Made by a program: the position numbers and the translations under genes. A stretch of DNA of 64,000 nucleotides, taken from positions 2,319 through 66,318 of the forward strand of contig CAXFOB010000016.1 of NCBI GenBank assembly GCA_964004625.1, written 5' to 3'. The stretch is from an uncultured Flavobacteriales bacterium (GTDB taxonomy: Bacteria; Bacteroidota; Bacteroidia; Flavobacteriales; BACL11). A model generated the notes under the pieces. It was not told the origin of the DNA. It searched no databases and saw nothing but the letters and a program-made list of their open reading frames with translations. Of the stretch, positions 1 through 9,719 are shown one piece after another; positions within the stretch are counted from its first letter, which is position 1, and every line of letters starts with the position of its first letter.

Positions 1-1
1 A

Positions 2-3000
2 GATTATAACTCTGCTCCATCTCTATTAGATTATTCATTGTCTCCAATATGTAATACAACAGACCCTAACTATCCAAATTACAACTATACAATTAACTTA
101 ACTGTTACAGATATTGAAGGTTGTACTAACAACTTACCTCTGAGTATTGATATTGTATGTGAACCTATTGCAGATTTTATACATAATGATATTTGTATTG
201 GAGAACCTGATAATGCAACCTATCAGTTTATAGATAATTCTAATGTTACTCCAAATTCATATTATTGGGATTTTGGCGACCCAGCATCCGGAACAAATAA
301 TAATTCAACAGATCCTTCTCCAACTCATACATTCACAGGAACAGGACTATATTTTGTAGAATTGACAATAATATCCGGATCTTCTTTACAGCCATGCTCA
401 GATAATGAAGGATATTGGATAAATGTTTATGAAAATCCCAACAGCACATCTTTATCTACAAACGTAAGTTGTTTCGGAGATAATGATGGATCTATTGATG
501 TAACTGCAACTGGAGGAACTCCTAGTTATGAATACTCCATTAATGGTGGAACTAATTGGCAATCCTCTAATATATTCTCCAACCTAGCTGCTGGAACATA
601 TACTATAGATATTGAAGATGATAATGATTGTACAGATGATCTGACAATAACAATAACAGAACCTACACAACTAAATAATACATCTTCTTTTACTGAACCT
701 AGTTGTTTCGGAGATACAGACGGAGAGATTACGATAACAACAACTGGAGCAACTCCTAATTATCAATACTCCATTAATGGTGGAACTAATTGGCAATCCT
801 CTAATGTGTTCTCCAACTTATCCGCCGGAACATATACTATAGATATTGAAGATGATAATGACTGCCCGGATCTAATAAATGTTACTGTAACAGAACCTAC
901 ACAACTAAATAATACATCTTCTTTTACTGAACCTAGTTGTTTCGGAGATACAGATGGAGAGATTACGATAACAACAACTGGAGCAACTCCTAATTATCAA
1001 TACTCCATTAATAGTGGAACTAATTGGCAATCCTCTAATGTATTCTCTAACTTATCCGCCGGAACATACACTATCGATATTGAAGATGATAATAACTGCC
1101 CGGATCTAATAAATGTTACTGTAACAGAACCAACTATACTAACTGTAAGTATCGCTAACACAATAAATGTAAGTTGCTTTGGAATGAGTGATGGTGAAGT
1201 TACAATAAACGCAAGTGGAGCAACTCCTAATTATCAATACTCCATTAATGGTGGAACTAGTTGGCAATCCTCTAATATATTCTCTAACTTATCCGCTGGA
1301 ACATACATTATTGATGTAAAAGATGTATTCGATTGTACCGATAACATAACGGTTACTATAACAGAACCTGATATCTTGTCAAGTATTTTCTCATTAACAT
1401 CAATGGATTTGTGTTATTCAGATATAATAAATATAAATGGACAATATATATATTCAAATAATAGTACGGGACCAATTATAGATTTTACATGGACAATATC
1501 TACTACCCCGCCATGGTCATATACAACAAGTAATAGTATACCAACAAACTTTCCTCAACTAGATCAAGATATCAGTCCTATTGATTATGACATAACATTA
1601 AGTGTTAATGGTGGTATATGCGGTACAGAAACACATACAGAAACAATAACAATAAATCCTGAACCACAAGTGAATTTTAACACATTACCATCACAAACTC
1701 AAAATCCAACATGTCTTATAACTCAATTTGTAGATAATCCAATTGAAATACTACTAAATTCATACATAATACCATATAATATATCAGACAATAGTGGTAA
1801 TACGGCTTATATAGAAATATACGCTCCAAATGCATTAGACGCAACTACAGGACTGCCATTACACCCTGTTGGGTCTACTTTTATAATGAATCCTGTTACA
1901 TCTTCAAGTCTTAACTTTCTTGTCTGGCCAGATTTATTCATTGAATATGACGCAGTTGGAACATATCAAATCTGTATTACTGGACATAATACATGGTGTC
2001 CTCCAACTCAGGTTTGTTGTGATGTACAAATAAATACTAATGGAATTCAAGCTAATTTCAATACAATTACTAGAGAGGGATGCGAGGGAGATGATTTTTA
2101 TTTTCAAGATTTATCTTACCCACCAGTTCCTGGAAATATGATTCAATGGTGTTGGAATTGGCAAGGCACTTCATGTGCCCCGGGAGCTCTAACTAGTCTT
2201 ATTCCACAGGACGGTGGGATACATACTCAGAGTGCTACTTCAATTTATTATAACAATCCAGGAATATTTTTTGTTAATCAATATGCAGAAAATTTACTAT
2301 ACAATGATAATTATAGTGACCCTATTCCTGTAATAGTACATCCAAAACCACAACCTAATTTTGATATTCCTATAAATCCTGTGTGTAAAAATACAAGTGC
2401 TTATTTTACCAACACTTCATCTATTACTCCTCTTCCAATAACACCGCCAGAGCAAATCACATCACACAACTGGTATGTTCAAGATTTAGGAGGTATTTAT
2501 AATTTTGGAGCTATAACAAATGTAAATCAATGGATTTCACCTGGAACAAATGATTTAGATTTTACTTTTCCAAATTCAGGAAATTGGAAAATCATCTTAG
2601 AATGTGAATCGGATAATATCACATGTAATTGTATTAATCAATATGAAGAAACTATATTTGTACATGAGTTACCTATCGCTAATTTCATATCAATTCATAA
2701 TCCAAGTTGTGTGGATGACAATTTAGTATTTAATGGAAATACAGGAATAGCAGGTGGTTCAAATAATAGCTCTACAGGTGTTATTGATGAATGGAATTGG
2801 GATTTTAATGATAGTTATTGTCCAACATTACCAACTTGTAGTTTATATAACAGTACTACCAATGGAGACGCTGATCATAATTATACAGTAAATTCATCTT
2901 ATAATGTTACACTAACTGTTAGCGATAATAATGGATGTATTTCCCTCCCAACAACAAATCAGATATTTGTTGACCCATTACCAACAGCATCATTTACTGC

Positions 3001-6000
3001 AACTACCGAATGTTTAAACACACAAACACAATTAGACGGAACCTCTAGTTCAAATTCAACAGATACTTGGGTTTGGGAAATATTTGATCCACAAGAAATT
3101 GGTGGTTCTACTATTCAAACAACAAGTAATCCATATTATAACTACACATTCTCAACACCTGGATATCATAATGTAATATTAACTACATATTCAACTTTAT
3201 CTAATGGACAGATATGTGTTTCAACACCTTTTACACAACAAGTTTATGTTAATGATTTACCTAATCCTAGTTTCTCTTTTAATATTGCTTGTGAAGATAA
3301 TTTTTTAGGTATAAATGAAACAACTAATTTTATAGATCAAACACCTTCATCAACTATAAATTCTATATCAGGCTTGACAGATGCACTTATTACATTATAT
3401 GATTACGTGTGGTATTTTAATGGATCTCCAATTAATTCTCCTCCAGGAAATACTTCATATACATTTGGAGCACCTAATTTCTCACCTGGACATACTGTAA
3501 GTTTACTAGTAACAGATGATAATGGATGTACAAATACTTTTACAGACAATGTACCTGTTTCTAATTTACCAAATCCAGATATATCCTTTACCTCTTCAAT
3601 AACAGGACTAGAAGCATGTGAAGGTGATATAGTACAAGTATCGGACAACTCTATTTATTCAGACTTTGTATCAAATAGTGTAAATTGGTCAATAAGTCCT
3701 GCAGCTTCTATAACAACTTCTTCATCAAACCCAGCAACAATTAATTTATCAAATGTAGGAACACATACTATAACTTTGGATGTAACTGATATAAATAATT
3801 GTCCATCAACAACCTCAATTATTATTGATGTTTGGGATAATCCTACAGCAGTAATAAATCCTATAACAACTGTATGTGAGGACTTAGTAAATTTAATAAC
3901 AGCTACAAACCTTACACATTCTTCTTTACCAGGAAGTGGTGCTATAACTAAATATTATTGGGATTTTGGAGATTTTACAAATGAAATTATTCTATCACCA
4001 TTTAATGGAAACACTACACATTTTTATAATTGTGGAAATTATGATGTAAATCTGACAGTGACAGACGATAATGGTTGTACAAATTCTTCTACAACTGAAA
4101 TTGCGACAGTTAACTGTAATCCTACAGCTAATTTTGATGTTCTACCAATTTGTTTAGATCCATCATCAACAAATCCTAGCACCTTTACAAGTACATCTAT
4201 ACCAATTTCCGGAACAAATATTACAAGTTTTAATTATGAGTTTAATGATCCTAATTTAGGACCTCAAAACATTTATTCAAACCCAGCAACTTGGGCATTT
4301 AGTACCCCAGGAAATTTTCCTGTTATATTAACAATTATTGATGATCAAAACCCTGGTTGTTCTGATGAAATCACAAAATATGCATTAGTTCATGAACTTC
4401 CAACAATTTCTTTTACAGCGCCTGAAGTTTGTGAAGAAGAAATAACAATATTAACGGCGTCATCTAATCATCCAATTATCAATTATTCATGGAATATAGA
4501 TCTAACGACTGGAGATTATGTATCTAATTATAATGATACAGATAACCCAACTCAGTTTGAGTTTAATAATGCCTCTGCTAGTCATATAGTTTCTGTTACT
4601 GTAGTTGATGATAATAATTGTGTAAACTCAACAATACCATCACCTGTTGAAGTTTGGGCTAATCCTCAAGCAAATATTGATATAGATCCTAATCAATCAT
4701 TTTGTTTATATGAAGATATTCAAATAACTGATAATAGCATTTTGGGATCAGGTACAATCAACTATTGGGATTGGGATTTTGGATTAAATTCTAACCCAAC
4801 GATATTATGTTGTAATACTGACAATGCTTTAGTTAACTACAGTTCACAGGGATGGAAAACAATTTCTTTATATGTTGTGGATGATAATAGTTGTAATAGT
4901 ACAATTGTAGAGGACATATATATTAATCAATTACCAAATGCTTATTTTACTACTAACACACCATTGTGTTATGGATTTATTGTTGAATTTAATAACAAAT
5001 CAACTTTAGGTGAACCTTCCAACTATTTTACCGCTTTTGATTGGGAGTTTTATAATTCTGACGGTACAATAAATGGGACATCTCAGCAAATACCTAGCAA
5101 TCCACCATTATCTAACGAACTTATTCAAGGTCATGATTATTCACAAAATATAATTTCGACTATAGGGGCTTATGTAAGTGCGCAACTTATTGTTACAGAT
5201 ATTGAAGGCTGTACTGGTACTTATAATTCTTCATTAAATAATCCTCAGCAGGACATACAAATTCATCCATTACCTATTGTTGATTTTGATTTTGAAAACA
5301 TATGTGAAGATGAGGATTTTATTTTTATTGATAATTCCACAATGGATAACAATTCTGTTTTTCCTACACACCAATTAACAACTATAAATACTGACCCATT
5401 AAACAACCCTATTTTTGACTATAATGGACTTTTTAATTCAAATACAGGTAATATGAATGGAGGAAGTTGGATTCCTCCATTATGGACCCTCCCTGCTAAT
5501 AATTTAATTGCTAATTCTCCAAATGGAGTACCTGTAAAATTAACGAGAGAAACTGACGTTGGATGTGTAGGAACTAAGGTAAAATACCCTGTCATTAAAC
5601 TAAGTCCAAATATTGATTTTACTGTTTCTTATAATCCAATTAACAGATGTGGTGAAGATGTTAAATTTAGTTTTTATAATAATTATTTTGATTTAACCTC
5701 TAATTATGATTATAAATATAGCATACAAAATTTTCAAGGAGTTCAGATTAGTGAACCACAAGATATTAATATTATTAATTATAATTTTAATTTACCGGGA
5801 GTTTATTACTTAAACATTGAATTAGACAATAATAATGATTGTATAGTTGATTCAATTTACAATATCTATATTAATCCAAATCCTATATCTAATTTTACAC
5901 CAAGTATTACAGAAGAATGTGAGGACATTTTAATTGATTTTACAGATTTATCTACTATTCCAAATAATAATGTAAACGGCATTAGTACAAATATTATTAG

Positions 6001-6805
6001 ATGGGACTGGGATCTTGATACAGTTCAACAAATAATTAATTCTCCAGAAGATGGAAATACATTTTTTACTTTTAATAATATTTCTTCTCCATATGATATC
6101 TATTTAACTGTTACAACAGATTCATCCTGTACAGATATTTTTGGACCAAACTCAATTATTGTTCATCCAACACCCATTGCAGATTTTGTAACTCCACTTA
6201 TTGGAGAGAATGGGAAATATTTATTTGATGGTACCATAACTACAACATCAAATGGATTACCTGCTTCTCCACCTCAATATAATTATAGCTGGGAAATTGA
6301 AGATGGGAGTTATATTATAAATGTTTCTCCTGATGATGATATTCAACTTGATGGAACAGAAGATTATGGATACTATTGGTATAATAGTTTGATTAATGAT
6401 GCTTGGCTAGAGGTCTGTTTATTTGTTGAAAATGATTATCGTTGTATAGGGGACACCTGTAAAGATGTAAAGGTAGATCACTTTAACAATTTAATTGTAC
6501 CCAATTTCTTATATCCTTCTGACCCAAGTTCTGGATCAAGTGTCTTTCTACCAAAAGGTAAATCATTAGAAACATATAGATTACAAATATTTGACAAATT
6601 TGGAAATCTGCTTTGGGAAACTACTGCATTAGACGAAAATGGTTCTCCAACAGTAGGATGGAAAGGAACATCTCTAAATGGTATTGTACCTCAGGGAACA
6701 TATGTATGGAGAATTGAAGCTGCTTATGATGATGGAGAACCTTGGTTGGGGATATTAGATAACGGAAAGAGAAAAAAATCTGGATTCATAACACTAGTGA
6801 GATAA
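2..6805 (+). CDS. Large PKD/SprB-repeat surface protein with divergent T9SS type-B (gliding motility-associated) C-terminal domain; probably 5'-truncated by the window edge
   Basis: The frame is open from nt 2, so the TTG at 38 is unlikely to be the true start. Many PKD motifs (YYWDFGD, WNWDFND), four SprB-like repeats (SCFG..DG.I....GGTP.Y.YSI), and a C-terminus LIVPN...L.IFDKFG...GWKG...QGTYVW...SGFITLVR. Confidence 0.88.
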   Translation, partial: DYNSAPSLLDYSLSPICNTTDPNYPNYNYTINLTVTDIEGCTNNLPLSIDIVCEPIADFIHNDICIGEPDNATYQFIDNSNVTPNSYYWDFGDPASGTNNNSTDPSPTHTFTGTGLYFVELTIISGSSLQPCSDNEGYWINVYENPNSTSLSTNVSCFGDNDGSIDVTATGGTPSYEYSINGGTNWQSSNIFSNLAAGTYTIDIEDDNDCTDDLTITITEPTQLNNTSSFTEPSCFGDTDGEITITTTGATPNYQYSINGGTNWQSSNVFSNLSAGTYTIDIEDDNDCPDLINVTVTEPTQLNNTSSFTEPSCFGDTDGEITITTTGATPNYQYSINSGTNWQSSNVFSNLSAGTYTIDIEDDNNCPDLINVTVTEPTILTVSIANTINVSCFGMSDGEVTINASGATPNYQYSINGGTSWQSSNIFSNLSAGTYIIDVKDVFDCTDNITVTITEPDILSSIFSLTSMDLCYSDIININGQYIYSNNSTGPIIDFTWTISTTPPWSYTTSNSIPTNFPQLDQDISPIDYDITLSVNGGICGTETHTETITINPEPQVNFNTLPSQTQNPTCLITQFVDNPIEILLNSYIIPYNISDNSGNTAYIEIYAPNALDATTGLPLHPVGSTFIMNPVTSSSLNFLVWPDLFIEYDAVGTYQICITGHNTWCPPTQVCCDVQINTNGIQANFNTITREGCEGDDFYFQDLSYPPVPGNMIQWCWNWQGTSCAPGALTSLIPQDGGIHTQSATSIYYNNPGIFFVNQYAENLLYNDNYSDPIPVIVHPKPQPNFDIPINPVCKNTSAYFTNTSSITPLPITPPEQITSHNWYVQDLGGIYNFGAITNVNQWISPGTNDLDFTFPNSGNWKIILECESDNITCNCINQYEETIFVHELPIANFISIHNPSCVDDNLVFNGNTGIAGGSNNSSTGVIDEWNWDFNDSYCPTLPTCSLYNSTTNGDADHNYTVNSSYNVTLTVSDNNGCISLPTTNQIFVDPLPTASFTATTECLNTQTQLDGTSSSNSTDTWVWEIFDPQEIGGSTIQTTSNPYYNYTFSTPGYHNVILTTYSTLSNGQICVSTPFTQQVYVNDLPNPSFSFNIACEDNFLGINETTNFIDQTPSSTINSISGLTDALITLYDYVWYFNGSPINSPPGNTSYTFGAPNFSPGHTVSLLVTDDNGCTNTFTDNVPVSNLPNPDISFTSSITGLEACEGDIVQVSDNSIYSDFVSNSVNWSISPAASITTSSSNPATINLSNVGTHTITLDVTDINNCPSTTSIIIDVWDNPTAVINPITTVCEDLVNLITATNLTHSSLPGSGAITKYYWDFGDFTNEIILSPFNGNTTHFYNCGNYDVNLTVTDDNGCTNSSTTEIATVNCNPTANFDVLPICLDPSSTNPSTFTSTSIPISGTNITSFNYEFNDPNLGPQNIYSNPATWAFSTPGNFPVILTIIDDQNPGCSDEITKYALVHELPTISFTAPEVCEEEITILTASSNHPIINYSWNIDLTTGDYVSNYNDTDNPTQFEFNNASASHIVSVTVVDDNNCVNSTIPSPVEVWANPQANIDIDPNQSFCLYEDIQITDNSILGSGTINYWDWDFGLNSNPTILCCNTDNALVNYSSQGWKTISLYVVDDNSCNSTIVEDIYINQLPNAYFTTNTPLCYGFIVEFNNKSTLGEPSNYFTAFDWEFYNSDGTINGTSQQIPSNPPLSNELIQGHDYSQNIISTIGAYVSAQLIVTDIEGCTGTYNSSLNNPQQDIQIHPLPIVDFDFENICEDEDFIFIDNSTMDNNSVFPTHQLTTINTDPLNNPIFDYNGLFNSNTGNMNGGSWIPPLWTLPANNLIANSPNGVPVKLTRETDVGCVGTKVKYPVIKLSPNIDFTVSYNPINRCGEDVKFSFYNNYFDLTSNYDYKYSIQNFQGVQISEPQDINIINYNFNLPGVYYLNIELDNNNDCIVDSIYNIYINPNPISNFTPSITEECEDILIDFTDLSTIPNNNVNGISTNIIRWDWDLDTVQQIINSPEDGNTFFTFNNISSPYDIYLTVTTDSSCTDIFGPNSIIVHPTPIADFVTPLIGENGKYLFDGTITTTSNGLPASPPQYNYSWEIEDGSYIINVSPDDDIQLDGTEDYGYYWYNSLINDAWLEVCLFVENDYRCIGDTCKDVKVDHFNNLIVPNFLYPSDPSSGSSVFLPKGKSLETYRLQIFDKFGNLLWETTALDENGSPTVGWKGTSLNGIVPQGTYVWRIEAAYDDGEPWLGILDNGKRKKSGFITLVR
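463..1370 (+). repeat. Four tandem 234-bp (78-aa) SprB-like repeats inside the large adhesin gene
   Basis: ACAGAACC recurs at 656, 890 and 1124 (period 234). Units 656-889 and 890-1123 are nearly identical at DNA level. Confidence 0.9.
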
Positions 6806-8079
6806 TGAAAAAAATAGCATTTTTTCTTCTAATTTTCATTTGCTTTGACTCTTATAGTCAAGACCCTTCTTTTTCTCAATCTGATGTCGGTTCCATATAT
6901 ATGAACCCAGCATATACTGGATCCTCTGGACATCCAAAATTTCTTTCAATAAGAAGGGAACAGTGGAAAAATTACAACATACCATCTAATGGAGAATTCA
7001 ACGGAAATTCTGGAGGAATTAGACCCTTTACAACATCCCTAGCAGAGTTTAGTATTGGTCTTGATGCGGGTAATGATGGTCGGGTTGGATTAAGAACCAT
7101 AGGTGTAGGAGCGTCATTCATGGCAGAAGATCATCTTTTAGTTCCAGAGTTATTATCAAACACTATATTTTTAAGAAGAAGTGACTATCAAATTTATTTA
7201 TCTGGACTATTTAAAATAGGAAAAACAAGAGCCTTATTCAGCAAAGGTAGCAGTGCATCTGTAATACATTACGCGCAACCTGCAATTAGTTATGGTCAGA
7301 GTGTTTATGGTTTACAAACTGAAGGAATCGTTACTTCAGACATGTTAACTCCATTTACACTGAGTTATGATAATCTTCCAGATCCATCAATAAACATTCA
7401 AGATCTGGCAATTAGCAGTAAACCATTTCATAAATTAGTACTTGGATTACTTTGGAGTGCTCAAGGAAATACAAATACTTCTTCATATAATAGAACTGAA
7501 AGTGGTTTTGCATTCCAAAGAATGACAGAAGGATTTAATAATAATCCGCTTACTTCAAAAATTACTTTACATGCTAAGCATAAAGGATCTTTACCAGATT
7601 GGAATTTGAAAATGATACCTTATTGGAATATTTTTACAAAGAGAGAAATATATTATTCTGGAGGGCCTTTTACAAATAAAATAATGGGGAAAACTGAAAT
7701 TGGAGGATCTATAGAAGTTGGAAGGTACTCTTTATTAGAATTAGGTAGTTTACTTAGATTTAATTCAAATTATGAAAATACAGGAATTAGACAATTAAAT
7801 TGGCAAACAACTAGTCCTTTTATCAGATTTAATCTTCGTGGAAGAAGACATGCTTTCCAATTAAGTTGGTGTAATGATATTGAATCTACATTCTTTACAA
7901 AGTCAGAAAACGACTTATATATTGTCAACACTGGCATTACAAATGAAATTAGCCTTACAATCATTCTTTGGGGAGGTAAAGGCCCTAAAGAATGTATTGA
8001 TTACGGTTTAATGAAGAATAATGGTCTTCTTCAAGATATAAAAAACAATGGATTAATGAACAGAGGTGGATTTAAATAA
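6805..8079 (+). CDS. PorP/SprF-family T9SS outer-membrane protein (divergent, long)
   Basis: Signal peptide, then QDPSFSQ...YMNPAYTG...R.QW, the PorP/SprF N-terminal signature. TAATG coupling to the upstream type-B cargo. Confidence 0.75.
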   Translation: MKKIAFFLLIFICFDSYSQDPSFSQSDVGSIYMNPAYTGSSGHPKFLSIRREQWKNYNIPSNGEFNGNSGGIRPFTTSLAEFSIGLDAGNDGRVGLRTIGVGASFMAEDHLLVPELLSNTIFLRRSDYQIYLSGLFKIGKTRALFSKGSSASVIHYAQPAISYGQSVYGLQTEGIVTSDMLTPFTLSYDNLPDPSINIQDLAISSKPFHKLVLGLLWSAQGNTNTSSYNRTESGFAFQRMTEGFNNNPLTSKITLHAKHKGSLPDWNLKMIPYWNIFTKREIYYSGGPFTNKIMGKTEIGGSIEVGRYSLLELGSLLRFNSNYENTGIRQLNWQTTSPFIRFNLRGRRHAFQLSWCNDIESTFFTKSENDLYIVNTGITNEISLTIILWGGKGPKECIDYGLMKNNGLLQDIKNNGLMNRGGFK

Positions 8080-8084
8080 ATATC

Positions 8085-9719
8085 TTATTTAATTACCTTA
8101 AATTCTACTCTCCTATTCTTTTCATGTGAGGAACTTGCTTTTTGAGACTCTCCAAAAGCTTTTACAGACAATCTTCCTTTATTAACACCTTGACCTATTA
8201 AGTATTCATATACTGAATTAGCTCTTCTTTTTGAAAGTTTCATATTATATTTTTCAGTACCTCTTTCATCTGCATGTCCATTAATCTGTAAATTCTTTTC
8301 AGTATTATCAATTAAAAACTGAGCTACTTTATTTAAAATAATTTTAGAGTTTTCATCTAGATTATGTTTATTAAACTCAAAATGAACTCTATCAGCCCAT
8401 AATGGTAAATTATCCCAAGTTATTTCTGTTATAGTATCAATAAAAGAAGGTACTTTAACAAAAACCTTAATTGTATCCTGTTGAATAATCTCAATTGTAT
8501 CTGGACAACCCATGTTTCTTAAAGAACCTTTTACAAACGGACATTTATCTAATTCATCTTGCAAACCATCTCCATCTGAATCAGGACATCCATTTAACTC
8601 TGGCACTCCAGGAATATCTGGACACCTATCATATTTATCAATAATTCCATCGGAATCTCTATCAGGACATCCATTATTTAGTGCAAGTCCAGGAAAATCT
8701 GGGCATTCATCTTCCCAATCTTGAATACCATCTTTGTCTCTATCAGGACATCCATTTAATTCTGGAGCTCCAGGAATCTTAGGACATCCATCATCTTTAT
8801 CCAATACACCATCCTTGTCAGAATCTTTTTCTTTTGGCTTTAACTTATAAGTCATCACTATTCCATGAGAACCATATGAAGGAATACTCATCTTAGTTGC
8901 GGTAATATCATAGGAATAACCCAAATCATAATTTAAGAAACTTAATCCTAACATTGCTATAAAAGCATCATTTGTTCTATAAGAAAATCCACCCCAAACA
9001 GTATTGTTTATAGAAGTCTTTAGATTTAGGTCCATTTGAACATTAGAAGCTCCGATCTTCTTAATTAATAAAGAAGGAGAGAATTCCAATCCTTTTGAAG
9101 ACTGTATGTTATATTCAGCATTTAAATAGTAATGATTGACTAAAGTGTTTTCTACTCCTGTATTACTAAGATTTAAGTCTGAATTCAAAACATTAATAAC
9201 TGAAGCTCCTATATTAAATTTATCTGAAAAATAGTTTACACCTATTGAAGCTGAATTTGCAACCACCTTATCTATTACACCACCATTCATTGCTGGATCA
9301 ATAACACCATCATTTTCTAATATAATTTCTGAATTATCAATTTTATATTGTAAGATATTTGCAGAAGCTCCAACAGAAATTTTGTTAGAAGATTCGATTG
9401 GAAGTAAATAAGAACCGCTTATTGTCCCACTTAACTTTGAAATAGGTCCAGTATTATCATTTACAATTCTAACACCTCTTCCAAATTTTTCATGCTCAAC
9501 ATTATAATAAGAAACAGATTGTGTTTTAGGAGCTCCATCAAATCCAGTCCATTGATCTCTAATCATGAATCCTAGTTGATTATCTGATTTAGTAGAAATT
9601 AAAGATGGATTTATTACTATATCATTTAACATGTATAGAGAATAATGTGGCATTTGCTGTGCGGTTACTAATAAAGGTAAAGATAGTAGAAACAGAGTGT
9701 ATATTAGTTTTTTCATCAT
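8085..9719 (-). CDS. PorP/SprF-family barrel fused to TSP3-like repeats and a C-terminal OmpA-like domain
   Basis: QQMPHYSLYMLN...INP...RDQWTGFDGAPKTQ...GFSYR...GYSYD...GSH (PorP/SprF); four DxDxDG..D..D.CP repeats; VHFEFNK...GHADERG...YNMKLSKRRA...NRRVEF (OmpA_C). Confidence 0.9.
   Translation of the reverse strand: MMKKLIYTLFLLSLPLLVTAQQMPHYSLYMLNDIVINPSLISTKSDNQLGFMIRDQWTGFDGAPKTQSVSYYNVEHEKFGRGVRIVNDNTGPISKLSGTISGSYLLPIESSNKISVGASANILQYKIDNSEIILENDGVIDPAMNGGVIDKVVANSASIGVNYFSDKFNIGASVINVLNSDLNLSNTGVENTLVNHYYLNAEYNIQSSKGLEFSPSLLIKKIGASNVQMDLNLKTSINNTVWGGFSYRTNDAFIAMLGLSFLNYDLGYSYDITATKMSIPSYGSHGIVMTYKLKPKEKDSDKDGVLDKDDGCPKIPGAPELNGCPDRDKDGIQDWEDECPDFPGLALNNGCPDRDSDGIIDKYDRCPDIPGVPELNGCPDSDGDGLQDELDKCPFVKGSLRNMGCPDTIEIIQQDTIKVFVKVPSFIDTITEITWDNLPLWADRVHFEFNKHNLDENSKIILNKVAQFLIDNTEKNLQINGHADERGTEKYNMKLSKRRANSVYEYLIGQGVNKGRLSVKAFGESQKASSSHEKNRRVEFKVIK
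8502..8826 (-). repeat. Four 27-aa thrombospondin type-3-like Ca-binding repeats
   Basis: DSDKDGVLDKDDGCP / DRDKDGIQDWEDECP / DRDSDGIIDKYDRCP / DSDGDGLQDELDKCP, each ending in GCP. Boundaries approximate. Confidence 0.85.
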
